Shown here: positions 12,328 to 24,866 of the stretch, piece by piece | Layout: each line of letters opens with the position of its first letter | How positions within the stretch are numbered: the first letter of the stretch is position 1 | Assembly: GCA_030390025.1 (NCBI GenBank) | Contig: CM059432.1 | Location: 10,974,001 to 11,038,000, forward strand | DNA from: Squalus acanthias | Lineage: Eukaryota | Reading direction: 5' to 3' | DNA: 64,000 nt | Program-made: the position numbers and the translations under genes | The notes under the pieces: model-generated | The model's database searches: none | What the model saw: the letters and a program-made list of their open reading frames with translations, nothing else | What the model was told of the DNA's origin: nothing

Positions 12328-14658
12328 TGGGTATTATGTAATGAGAAAGGATTAATTAGCAATCTTGTTGTGCGAGGCCCCTTGGGGAGGAGCGATCATA
12401 ATATGATAGAATTCTTCATTAAGATGGAGAGTGAAGTAGTTGACTCAGAGACTAGGGTCCTGAATTTAAATAAAGGAAACTACGATGGTATGAGGCGCGA
12501 GCTGGCTAGGATGGATTGGGGAGCGTTACTTAAAGGGTTGACGGTGGATAGGCAATGGCAAACATTTAAAGATCGCATGGATGAACTACAGAATTTGTTC
12601 ATCCCTGTTTGGCATAAAAATAAAACAAAAACGGTGACTCAACCGTGGCTAACAAGGGAAATTAGGGATAGCATAAGATCCAAGGAGAGGACATATAAAT
12701 TGGCCAGAAAAAGCAGCAAACCTGAGGATTGGGAGCAGTTTAGGATTCAGCAAAGGAGGACAAAGGGATTAATTAAGAGGGGGAAAATAGAATATGAGAG
12801 TAAGCTTGCAGGGAACATAAAAACTGACTGTAAAAGCTTCTATAGATATGTGAAGAGAAAAAGATTGGAGAAGTCAAGTGTAGGTCCCTTGCAGTCAGAA
12901 TCAGGGGAATTTATAATGGGGAACAAAGAAATGGCAGACCAATTAAATACATACTTTGGTTCTGTCTTCACAAAGGAGGACACAAATAAACTCCCAGAGA
13001 TGTCGGGGAACATAGGGTCTAATGAGAGGGAGGAATTGAATGAAATCAGTATTTGTAGGGAAATGGTGTGAGGGAAATTGACGGGATTGAAGGCCGATAA
13101 CTCCCCAGGGCCTGATAATCTACATCCTAGGGTACTTAAGGAAGTGGCCGTAGAAATAGTAGATACATTGCTGGTCATCTTTCAAAATTCTATAGACTCT
13201 GGAACAGTTCCCATGGACTGGAGGGTAGCTAATGATACCCCACTATTTAAAAAAAAAAGGTGGTAGAGAAAAAAACGGGGAATTATAGTAAGCCTGACAT
13301 CGGTAGTGGGCAAAATGCTATAAAAGATGTAATAGCAGAGCACTTGGAAAACAGTGACAGGATCGGACAAAGTCAACATGGATTTACAAAAGGTAAATCA
13401 TGCCTGACTAATTTACTGGAGTTTTTTGAGGATGTAACTGGTAGAATAGATAAGGGAGAACCAGTGGATGTGGTGTATTTGGACTTTATGAAGGCTTTCG
13501 ATAAGGTCCCGCATAAGAGATTAGCGTGCAAAGTTAAAGCACATGGGATTGGGGGTAAGGTACTGACTTGGATAGAAAACTGGTTGGCAGACAGGAAGCA
13601 AAGAGTTGGAATAAACGGGTCTTTTTCCGAGTGGCAGGCAGTGACTAGGGGGTACCACAGGGATCGGTGCTAGGACCCCAGCTATTCACAATATATATTA
13701 ATGATCTAGACGACGGAACTAGATGTAATATCTCTAAGTTTGCAGACGACACAAAGCTGGGTGGGCGTGTGTGCTGTGAGGAGGATGCAGAGAAACTCCA
13801 GTGTGATTTGGACAGGTTGGGTGATTGGGCAGATGCAGTATCATGTGGATAAATGCGAGGTTATCCACTTCGGTGGCAAAAACAGGAAGACAGATTATTA
13901 TCTGAACGGCAATAGATTAGGAAAAGGGGAAGCGCAACGAGACCTGGGTGTCCTTGTGCACCAGTCGTTGAAGGTAAGCATGCAGGTGCAGCAGGCGGTT
14001 AAGAAGGCAAATGGTATCTTGGCCTTCATAGCAAGAGAATTCGAGTACAGGAGCAAGGATGTCTTGCTGCAGTTGTTCAAGGCCTTGGTGAGACCACACC
14101 TTGAGTATTGTATGTAGTTTTGGTCGCCTTATCTGAGGAAGGATGTTCTTGCCATGGAGGGAGTGCAGCGAAGATTTACCAGACTGATACCTGGGATGGC
14201 AGGAATGACGTATGAAGAGAGATTGGGTCGATTAGGCTTATATTCGCTAGAGTTTCGAAGAATGAGAGGGGATCTCATTGAAACTTATAAAATTCTAACA
14301 GGACTAGACAGACTAGATGCAGGAAGGATGTTCCCAATGGCGGGGGAGTCCAGAACCAGAGGTCACAGTCTAAGGATAAGGGGTAAGCCATTTAGGACTG
14401 AGATGAGGAGGAATTTCTTCACCCAGTGAGTGGTGAACCTGTGGAATTTTCTACCAAGAAGGCAGTTGAGGCCAATTCATTAAATATATTCAAGAAGGAG
14501 ATAGATATATTTCTTAAGGCTAAAGGGATCAAGGGATATGGGAAGAAAGCAGGGACACGGTACTGAATTTGGATGATCAGCCATGATCTCATTAAATGGC
14601 GGATCAGGCTCGAGGGGCCGAATGGCCTACTCCTGCTCCTATCTTCTATGCTTCTATG
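12328..14658 (+). mobile_element. CR1 LINE subfamily A, 5'-truncated, disrupted ORF2
   Basis: SDHN endonuclease end, RT motifs, 3' tail; highly similar to 1477-3537 and 54826-59170. Confidence 0.95.
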
Positions 14659-14719
14659 AATGTTAGGTTCTTGTTTAAACTGCGGAAGCAGCATGCTTTC
14701 GACAGAGCTAAGTGATCAC

Positions 14720-16545
14720 ACAATCAACTGATCAGATCAAAGCTCTGCAATCCTGCCATATCCAGTCGTGAATGGTGGTGGACAATTAAACAACTAACAG
14801 GAGAAGGAGGCTCCAGGAATGTCCCCATCCTCAACGATGACTGAGCCGAGCACGTGAGTGCAAAAGACAAAGCTGAAGCGTTTGCAACCATCTTCAGCCA
14901 GAAGTGCCGAGTGGATGATCCATATTGGCCTCTTCTTGAGGTTCCCACCATCAGAGAAACCAGTCTTCAGCCAATTCGATTCACTCCACATGATATCAAG
15001 AAATGGCTGAGCGCGCTGGATACAGCCAAGGCTATGGGCCCTGACAACATCCCGACTGTCGTGCTTGAAGACTTGTGCTCCAGAACTAACCGCGCCGCTA
15101 GCCAAGCAGTTACAACACTGGCATCTACCCGACAATGTGGAAAATTGCCCAGGACAAATCCAATCCGGCCAATTACCGCCCCATCAGTCTACTCTCAATC
15201 GTCAGCAAAGTGATGGAAGGTGTCGTCGACAGTGCTATCAAGCGGCACTTGCTCACCAATAACCTGCTAACCAATGCTCAGTTTGGGTTCCACCAGGACC
15301 ACTCTGCTCCAGACTTCATTACAGCCTTGGTCCAAACATGGACAAAAGAGCTGAATTCCAGAAGTGAGGTGAGAGTGACTGTCCTTGATATTAAGTCAGC
15401 ATTTGACCTAGTGTGGCATCAAGAAGCTCTAGTAAAATTGAAGTCAATGCGAATCGGGGAAAACTCTCTTCAGGCTGGAGTCATACCTAGCACAAAGGAA
15501 GATGGTTGTGGTTGTTGGAGGTCAATCATCTCAGCCCCAGGACATCGCAGCAGGAGTTCCTCAGGGCAGTGTCCTAGGCCCAGCCATCTTCAGCTGCTTC
15601 ATCAATGACCTTCCGTCCATCATAAGGTCAGAAGTGGGGATGTTCGCTGATGATTGCGGAGTGTTCAGTTCCATTCGCCACACCTCAAATAATGAAGCAG
15701 TCCATGCCCGATTGCAGCAAGACCTGGATGACATTCAGGCTTGGGCTGATAAGTGGCAAGTTAACATTTGCGCCGCACAAGTGCCAGGCACTGACTATCT
15801 CCAACAAGCGAGAGTTAAATCACCGCCCCTTGACATTCAACGGCATTACCATCGCCGAATACCCCATCATCAACATCCTGGGGGGTCACCATTGACCGTA
15901 TACTTTACTGGACAAGCCACATAAATACTGTGGCTACAAGAGCAGGTCAGATGCTGGGTATTCTGCGGCGAGTGTCTCACCTCCTGACTCCCCAAAGTCT
16001 TTCTGCCATCTGCAAGGCACAAGTCAGGAGTGTGATGGAATGCTCTCCACTTGCCAGGATGAGTGCAGCTCCAAGAACACTCAAGAAGCTCGACACCATC
16101 CAAGACAAAGTAGCCTGCTTGATTGGCACCCCATCCCCCACCTTAAACATTCACTCCCTCCACCACCGGCGCACCGTGGCTCCAGTGTGTACCATCTACA
16201 AGATGCACAGCAGCAACTTGCCAAGGCTTCTTCAGCAGCACCTCCCAAACCCGCGACCTCTTCCACCTAGAAGGACAAGGGCAGCAGGCGCATGGGTACA
16301 TCATCACCTGCAAGTTCCCCTCCAAGTTAAACACTATCCTGACTTGGAAATATATCGCTGTTCCTTCAACGTCGCTGGCTCAAAATCCTGGAACTCCCTC
16401 CCTAACAGTACTGTGGGAGTACCTTCACCACGAGAACTGCAGCGGTTCAAGAAGGCGGCTCACCACCACCTTCTCAAGGGCAATTAGGGATGGGCAATAA
16501 ATGCTGGCCTTGCCAGTGACACCCACATCCCAGGAACGAATATAA
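14720..16545 (+). mobile_element. Divergent CR1-group LINE, 5'-truncated, frameshifted
   Basis: [19 protein letters not shown] and MFADD motifs; distinct 3' end. Confidence 0.88.
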
Positions 16546-17169
16546 AAAAATATATAGACCACAAGATCCCAGATTCAGTTGTGGGTCTCTCTGTCAAATG
16601 AACTGATTTCTGCGGGCAGCAGTTATCACAATATAATTGTCTAGGAATTTTCTTGAAGTGAATTTTGAAACTTTACTCAACCTGCTTGCTGAATAGTGTT
16701 TCATCACCTTAAGTCCTCCGCCAGTATTTGAACAAATTTATTCAATGAGCAGCTGAGCAATACAGATTCGCGGAGTATCCATTTTAATTCCTGGTTTGTG
16801 CCAAGATAGCGGATCTCAACCATTATAGCAATAGGTATGCTATAGCTGGCTTCAGCACATTTGAATGTGAAGAGGGAAAATCGGTCAGGGTTCCTGCTCT
16901 GATCAGAATCTAGCCACCGCAACTGTAATGCGTGTGTGTGGATGCCAAGTGAGGGCAGTATCTGGCTCAGCTTTGATATTTGAGAGTCAAAAAAAACTGC
17001 CTTTATTCACTGAGGTTGCACATGTAGAATGGGTACAGTAATGGAGGGTTTCTCGCACCATAGAACTGTACCATACAAAAGTTGGCATCTTCAGGAAAGG
17101 AGGGGGGAGAAAACTGGACATAAAAGCTTCCTGTTAAGTTTTGTACGCAATATTTTTTTCCCTTTGCAG

Positions 17170-17319
17170 GGGAGAAACCTAGTGTGGTTTACCAAAATGA
17201 AGAAGGGAGTTGGGTGACCGATCTGGCTTATTATTATTCACTGGATAAAGAACAGGATCAGTTCAATCTGCCAACTGATCTAGCCAATAGTATTCAAGAA
17301 GAAGAATTCATAACTGGCA
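17170..17319 (+). CDS. CEP192: CEP192 exon (phase 1-1), EKPSVVYQNEEGSWVTDLAYY...
   Basis: tttgcag acceptor, gtaaga donor, conserved motif. Confidence 0.93.
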
Positions 17320-17431
17320 GTAAGATTTTAGCTATTCTAAAACATTTTAAATAAATAGTTTTGAGGAATGCCTTTCTGATTTTTTTTTTCCTAGAAATGT
17401 TTTACTGATTGCTTTTAATGCTTTTTTACAG

Positions 17432-17496
17432 ACAAAGCTGCTGCATTGATTGAAGAAGATCAAGAGGAGTTTGAGGAAGAACACAAGTTTATTCAG
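17432..17496 (+). CDS. CEP192: CEP192 exon (phase 1-0), KAAALIEEDQEEFEEEHKFIQ
   Basis: ttacag acceptor, CAG|gtatga donor, conserved acidic motif. Confidence 0.92.
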
Positions 17497-18501
17497 GTAT
17501 GAGAGACTTGAGCAAAGGTTATTCTGTTCTTCATCCTGGAGCACTTTAATGAAAACTTACCTAGATATCAAGGCTCGTGTAGATGCCTTTGAAGGTCCAG
17601 GGAATTGGGGCTTGCCTTTGAGAACAAACTAAAATACAGAGGCTAGAATTTCTAGAGTAATGAAGGTAGAAAAGGCTGACAGAAAATAACACTTGCAGAG
17701 CATTTATTTCTGGCTACAAATACTGAACCAGATTAATGTGGTTGAGGATTCCTGAAGTAAAACTTAAAACCGGAGCAAAAGTGGAAACTACAGCAGATAA
17801 ATCAGAGGTTCGCTTAACTTGTAAAGAAATTAAGGATTCTTTAGCAATTTTCTACACTATTTTAAAATAATTTGCATTTTTTATGAAACATGAGAGACAA
17901 ATTTACACCTGTACAGCGATGAGAGGATTCACGATCTGGGAAGAGGCGCCAGTATTCGCCTGACAGATCAATGCTCAGAGCCCATCTGACAAGGAGCACC
18001 AGCCTCCGACGCCAGCTGGAACAGACTCCGCCTTTGAATCAGCAATACAAAATGATTACCTCTGTCTCATTCTTGCAGCCTGGGAATCACATTTTTAAAC
18101 ATTTGCATCTATCTGAACAGGGAGAGTGTCAAAGGCTATAGGTATATTTTGGGGTTTCTTTCACCACTTTTTCTGTTGTTATTTTTGCTTTTCAACCTTG
18201 TAGGTGAGCTGTAGCACCCATTGTTTGAGAGTGAATTGACTTGCCCTGATATCTAGGTACGTCTCCGTGTGCCCAGAATAACACGGAACTTTTTTTTACA
18301 CCCCTGTAGCTAATGTTTCTATCCTAAGCATCTACGGGATTCTCTTTTATTCTCCTGGCCAAATAACACTGCACTTGGCTGTAATTGCCAAAAAAAAATT
18401 ATTAACTAGTAGAGGAGCAAGTGAATAATAGCCACATACTTAATGTGTCAACAGGCGTAGTTAAGCTTAAATAGCTGCTCGATGCAATGTAAAATGCAAT
18501 G

Positions 18502-18860
18502 TGTATAAAATTATGAGGGGCCTGGATAGAGTGGATAGGAAGGATCTATTTCCCTTAGCAGAGAGGTCAATAACCAGGGGGCATAGATTTAAAGTAATTG
18601 GTAGAAGGATTAGAGGGGAGTTGAGAATTTTTTTTCACCGAGGGTGGTGGAGGTCTGGAACTTACTGCCTGAAAGGGTGGTAGATGCAGAAACCCTCATC
18701 GCATTTAAAAAGTACTTGGATATGCACTTGAAGTGCCGTAACCTACAAGGCTACGGATCAAGAGCTGGAAAGTGGGATTAGGCTGGATAGCTATTTTTCG
18801 GTCGGCACAGACACGATGAGCTGAATGGCCTCCTTCTGTGCTGTAAATTTCTACAATTCT
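18502..18860 (+). mobile_element. CR1 3' fragment
   Basis: YKIMRGLDRV...RGHRFK; similar to 49283-49700. Confidence 0.85.
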
Positions 18861-19691
18861 CTCTGAAAATAAGTTGATGCTGCAGTGGTCCCCAGTTGAT
18901 CGAAATCATGTATCATGCTATAACACTGCTAATCTTGCTTGCATTGAATGGTACCGTTGCCTCTTAAAATTCCAAGAATGCCTGCTTGCTGTACAGTTGG
19001 CACTGTAACTTCACATCCTATTACAGCAAACTGAGAGTGGCTGATTTTTCTGCTCTAGTGCACGTGGGGAATGCTAAGTTTCCAGGTCTCTGCCACCTTG
19101 GCATCGCTCCAGAGCTTTCTAGGTGTTGGGGGTGGGAGGAGAAGTCGATTGCCTGCACCTACAAAATTAATGGGCCAAGCGTAGCCATGAGATTAGAAAG
19201 GCTAATGATTAGAGCATGGAAATTCAGCAGCTATGGAGGTATATGGCTAGCTTAGCACTATAAACAGTGGTTTGAAAAAAGGAGGCTGATAACTCTGTCA
19301 AACAGTAAGAGCAGCCAAGCAGAATTTAAATAACTGGCTGTTAAATTCAAAAAGCTTCCCATCCGATACATATCTGAACAAATTTTTGTATTTGAAGCAA
19401 GGGGCTTTTTTCCCCCAAGTAATTGGCCAGCGACAAATGAATAATTGTAACAATGTATTGCGTTAATCTGGGATAAAAACAGAAAATGCTGGAAATACTC
19501 AGCAGTTCAGGCAGCATCTGTGAAGAGAGAAACAGAGTTAATGTTTCAGGTTCCTTTCGATGGCCTGGCATCCATGAGCATAACTAAAAATGGTATCTAC
19601 AATTAACCAAGTGAGTGCTAACATATTGAGACATTTTATTCATAGTCACTCGAGGTTCGTAATTTGACGTGTCTGCTCACCTTCCATACAG

Positions 19692-19907
19692 GAGGATAAA
19701 ATGGACGTGGTGTTGACAGATGGGTCACTTGGAAACGATTCATGGAAGCTGCCATCTGATAGCTGCTTGATACTGAGAGCATCACAGGCAGCATCTGACA
19801 TTATGCAAGGCAATCAGAGTTATCTCCGTCTCACTCTGGGAGAGTTCTTTGGTCAAAGATCAGAGGCTCTTGGATGTCTTGGGGAAGAATGCAGTGGCAT
19901 AAAACGG
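19692..19907 (+). CDS. CEP192: CEP192 exon (phase 0-0), Aurora-A-binding region SYLRLTLGEFFGQRSEALGCLG
   Basis: atacag acceptor, gttagt donor, 216 nt, strongly conserved motif. Confidence 0.95.
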
Positions 19908-20163
19908 GTTAGTTCAAGGTTGGAATAGATGTATATAATTGTTTAAAAAAAAATACAACAACTGCATCAGCCTCCAATTGAATTCTAGTTTCATGTTTCT
20001 GTATTAAGTAGAATCTTGATCAATTCGCCTTAGAAACCATAAGAGACGCTCCGAAGAACTTGTTTAAACCTAAAATATACAATTAAACTTCTGTTGTGTA
20101 TGTATTTTTCCTTTAAAAAATTTATGTTGGTAATAATTCATGACTAATTCCCAAATCTGCTAG

Positions 20164-20290
20164 CCTTCATTTGGATATTCCATAACGTCACCAGAACAGA
20201 GAACACCTGTTGCTTTATTTCAACCTACTGATTTGTTGCAAGTCCAGGATGAAACCAGGCAGCTTTGCAACGATGACACACTTTATCCGG
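20164..20290 (+). CDS. CEP192: CEP192 exon (phase 0-1), PSFGYSITSPEQRTPVAL...
   Basis: ctag acceptor, G|gtagag donor; joins KR|PSFGY across the intron. Confidence 0.88.
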
Positions 20291-20349
20291 GTAGAGTAAA
20301 ATCTAAACTTTTCTTTATACAAGTTTAATATTCAGTAGTAAATGTGCAT

Positions 20350-21570
20350 GTGACCAAAATTATGAGAGGTTTTGATAGCATAAATAAGGAGAAACTGTTT
20401 GCACTGGCAGGTGGATCGCAAACCAAGGGACTTTTTACGATAATTGGAAAAAGAGCTGGAGGGAAGTTGAGAATTTTTTTTTTTACCCAGCGAGTTATGA
20501 TCTGGAATGCACTGCCTGAAAGGTGGAATCAGATTCAATAGTAACTTTCAAAAAAGAATTGGATATATACTTGAAAAGGAAAAGTTTGCAGGGATATGGG
20601 AAAAGAGCAGCGGAGTAGGACTAATTAGATAGCTCTTTCAAAGAGTTGGCACAGGCTTGATGGGCCAAATGGTGGTCTCCTATGCTGTAAGATTCTATTA
20701 TTCTAAGAATTGTGCATTAGTTAAGGGATGATCAGTAATTTGTTTCTTTTCCCCTAACTTAGCATAGTCTATAAATGCCTTACTTTTCTATCCCACATCC
20801 CCTTTCCTCCCTTCCTCAAATTTTGGATGCTCACTTTCAGAATATAGTGGCATCTGGTTATAAAGATTGATTTGGTCAGTAGCCCAATGATCACTAAGTT
20901 ATCTTAATAGGCAGCGTTATTGTACATTTTTTTTTAAAAAACGGCTAATGGAATTTTGACCTTTATCTCAAGGGGCCTGGAATACAAAAGGGTGGAAATT
21001 ATGTTAGAACTGTGCAGAGCTCTGGTTAGACCCCATCTGGAGTATTGCATTCAGTTCTGGGCACAACGCCTCAGGAAGGATATATTGGCCTTGGAGTGGG
21101 TGGAGCGCAGATTCACCAGAATGATACAGGGGCTTAGAGTTAAATTATGAGGACAGGACGTGCTGGACTAGGCTTGTAGTCCCTTGAATATAGACAATTA
21201 AGGGGTGATCTAATTGAGGTGTTTAAGATGATGAAAGTATTTGACAGGGTAGATAGAGAGAAACTATATTTCCTCTGGTGGGGGAGTCCAGATCAAGGGG
21301 CCATAGCCTTAAAATTAGATTTAGGCCATTCAGGGAGCACTTCTTCACACAAAGGGTAGTGGAAATGGAGAACTTTCTCCTCCAGAAAGCTGTTGAGGCT
21401 GGGGTCAATTGAAAATTTCAAAACCGAGATTGATAGATTTTTGTGAGGCAAGGGTATTAAGCGTTACAGAACCAAGGTGGGTAGATGGAGTTAAGATACA
21501 GATCAGCCATGATCTAGTTGAATGGCATAACAGGCTCAAGGAGCTGAATGGTCTACCCTCGTTCCTATGA
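20350..21570 (+). mobile_element. Two CR1 3' fragments (about 20350-20705 and 20940-21570)
   Basis: RPHLEYC and FFTQRV remnants, CR1 tails. Confidence 0.8.
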
Positions 21571-21895
21571 AAGAAAAGGACAGGAAATGGGATTAACCAT
21601 TTTTAATTTGTTCTTGGGATGTGGGAGACACTGGCAAGGCAGTATTTATTATCCATGCCTAGTTGCCCTGAGAGCAATGAGAATCAACCACAAAGTAGAT
21701 AACTCTTTCAGTGTACATGTGCAGGTATGATGGGTTGATTAGCCTCCTTGTATACTGTAAAATTCAATCATTTCATGATTCATCAGCTGCTGCAAGAACC
21801 GAATAAAGGTTCGCTTAGAATGATGGTTTAGAAATTCCTCTCCAATCCCAGTGATGATCAGGCAAGCTCCAGGAGACCTGATGACCCAGCTACCT

Positions 21896-22290
21896 TCAAT
21901 TTGTAGATGTTAACCACTCTCGGGAACTCATCCAACTCCCTTTTGAATGCTTGTAGTGAATCCACACTGCACGTGCTGGCAACCTATTCCAGTGATCAAT
22001 GACTCTTTGTGAAAAGAAGTACTTCCTAGCATTTAATTTTGTTCTTTGTTTTTGTAACTTATACTTGTGTGCCCTTAACCTATCCAGTTTGAATAGCCTA
22101 TCCTCTTGGACTGAATCTAATCCATTCATTATTTTAAAAGCCTCAATTAAATCGCCTCAAAGTCCATGCTTTTCTAAAGTAAAGCATCCCAGCTCTTTCA
22201 ACCTATCCTGATAACTGAGGGCCCATAAACTAGGTAACAATCTAGTGGCCCTTCTTTGATTGATTTGCAGGGCTTCTATAGCCCCCAGCA
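21896..22290 (-). mobile_element. Old CR1 3' fragment
   Basis: FFSQRVIDHWNRLP. Confidence 0.7.
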
Positions 22291-22911
22291 TGTGAGGGAA
22301 TCAAAATGGCCCTCCAAGGTTCCATTTCGTGGCTAGGCGAACAATGCAAGGATTACTCTTCAGTTGTAGTTCTTTGTGTAAAGCAGCCATGCTAACCTTC
22401 TAGTACCACATGTAAACTGTCAGTTGGTGTGAGGGTAACACATCTAAACAAACAGGGTGCAATATTCCAGCTATTGTTCCTCATTTGCATTATATACCAA
22501 CTTGAAGCACGTTACCCAGCTTGAGAAGGATTCACGGTACCAGCTGCATTCTACATGTTTCTGGTGGGAAATTCAGCGAACATCGAATATCAGATTATTG
22601 TAAGGTGCCTGTAAAATTACATTTCTCATTTTGTATAAACTTAATTCATACCCATTTGAAATTGTTATTTATTGTCATCTTAAATTCTGTTTTAAAAATG
22701 TTATATAATTCACCATTCACTCAGCTAATTAGATTAGGCAATTTGATATTGCCGTGGTGGATTCTTCTATTGCTGGGTATTCTTGGTTTCGAACAAAAGC
22801 ATAATTCTGTTCACAACATGTGTGCTTGTTCCTGTTGGTTCATTTTTTTCTCTCTCTCTCATTTTTCATAATGTTACATTATGAGACATTAAGGACTTTG
22901 TTTTTATGCAG

Positions 22912-23045
22912 ACGACCTGGAGAACACGCAGCAAGAAACTCCGACAGAATTTTCTACTACACTACTGATTGATAAGCAGACTGAAAATGACACATTTCAA
23001 ACCAACAAGGAACTAAATTCAAACATTCACATGAATGAAAGTGGG
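22912..23045 (+). CDS. CEP192: CEP192 exon (phase 1-0), DLENTQQETP...NESG
   Basis: atgcag acceptor, gttagt donor, open frame, phases fit. Confidence 0.78.
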
Positions 23046-23249
23046 GTTAGTGCCATTTTGTTATTTGATTCTTGCATATTTAAACATTACATTTAGATAT
23101 GCTCTGCTTTAAATGCCGTGAAAAAGTTATATTTGACACTAACTTGCTGAATAAAATGTGTAGCATGCAGAGAACATCATTTGTATATTTGGTTTAAATT
23201 GTACTTCAGATAATAAATGAATGTGGCTAAAAGCTGTTCTCTTTTTTAG

Positions 23250-24471
23250 AATACGGAACTTTTGAGTTCGCATCTGAAAGCTAAACAACCTATATTATTG
23301 AATGGCACAGATTCAGTCTTGAGTATAAGTACAATTGCTTCTGCTATAGCTGATGCCTCTGTGAGTGCCGATCCTGCTCAGCTAGCTGCTATGATTTTGG
23401 AGCTTTCTAATAAAAACAGGAAGAAATATGAACCTGCATCAACTAGCAGAAAACCAAGTGTGCAACTGAAGGACCAGAAAAGCAATGTGATCAACGATAT
23501 AGGTGCTTCTGTGGAGAAAAATCTTGAAAAATCTGAAACCAGTGAAAGTGAAGTTCTGAAATCTGAATTTAAGTCACTGTCAGAATCTATTTCTGCTTAC
23601 AGTTTAGATTCTGTTAAGTCATCTGAAAGTTCCAGGAATCCTCGCAGCACATCAAATTCATTTTCAGGGGAAACTACCTTGACTAGTGCCAGCAAGCAGG
23701 ACAAGAAGAAAATATTACTTTCAAAAGAATGGCAATTTAATGCTATTGAAACAGGAAATGTCGCTCAGTCAGATGAAACTTGTCAGTCAGTCAAATTGGT
23801 TGAGGGCAAGATCAGAGCACATAGTCAGAATGGCCACTCAAGTGAAACTTGTGTACTTGAGACGAACACATATCCTGGTCCCAAACAGGGTGGCAGTAAG
23901 TTTACCGACGTGAAGTTAATGGTAAAAGAAGGATCTTTTGATGACCGAGTTATTTCAAGTGGAGGTAAAGTCAATGAAATGCCAAACATGAATGCTACTA
24001 CCACAGCAGTGGAGAAACAAGGCAAATCTTTTTTAACTGGGCCTTCTGCACAGAAAGTTTGTCTGGTGGAGAATGAATCCAGCTCAGATAAAACCCGATG
24101 TAAAACAAAGACTGAAAGCCGAAAAGAAATGACACAAAAAGCCATTGAGAAAACCTCATCTGATGACCGAATGTTCAGGGCAGAACAGAAAAAGTTTAAG
24201 GTGACTGTTGTTTCTTCACAACCCTCTGCTGTTCAAGGTATGGCAACAAGTTTGCATTGTCCAAAAATACATATTGCTGGACCTGTGGAGCAAAGGTTTA
24301 GGGAATCAATAAGTGAGACAATATACGAAGATGACCGAGAAATGCATGTAACTTCAAAACCACAATTAGGAAGAGATGAGCGAGAAAGCTCAGATCTCCA
24401 TAGCCAGCAAAAGAGAGTCAGCTTTGAACAATCTAATCGTGCCCCTGCTACACCAAAAAACAATGAAACTG
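23250..24471 (+). CDS. CEP192: CEP192 large exon (phase 0-1), 1222 nt, LSISTIASAIADASVSADPAQLAAMI then Ser/Lys/Glu-rich region
   Basis: ttttag acceptor, G|gtaagc donor, ORF 23262..24512. Confidence 0.93.
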
Positions 24472-24580
24472 GTAAGCAATTGTTAAATAATAAGGTACCC
24501 AATGCTTTATAATGATACTGACCACTATAATTAATGGTCATGATGCGGAGATGCCGGTGTTGGACTGGGGTGGACAAAAA

Positions 24581-24866
24581 TGAGAAGTCGCACAACACCA
24601 GGTTATAGTCCAACAGTTTTATTTGAAATCACAAGCTTTCGGAGCTTACACCCCTTCCTCAGGTGAAGTAAAGAAATACAGAATCGACAAAGCATATATA
24701 GATAGAGAACAATGCATGTGTAACTTACAATGGCAGACGACTACATTTAAATCATCCTGACTGTTTATCTGCCGAGGTGTGACAAAAGGCAATCAGGTCA
24801 GCCAGGAAGGTACCACATTAAAGACATAGCAAGATACAACTGAGACAATGAGGTGGAGTCACAGGG
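24581..24866 (-). repeat. Pseudo-LTR, left arm of 286-bp inverted repeat
   Basis: Reverse complement of 27489-27774, about three substitutions by eye. Confidence 0.95.
24629..24666 (-). ncRNA. Minimal type I hammerhead ribozyme motif (element sense)
   Basis: Reverse complement reads UCAC-CUGAGGA-A-GGGGU-GUAA-GCUCC-GAAA-GCUU-GUGA. Confidence 0.8.

Noticed and set aside
23262..24512. 416-aa ORF as a standalone gene
   Set aside because: It is a CEP192 internal exon with splice sites; the start is a non-ATG call and the end is intron read-through
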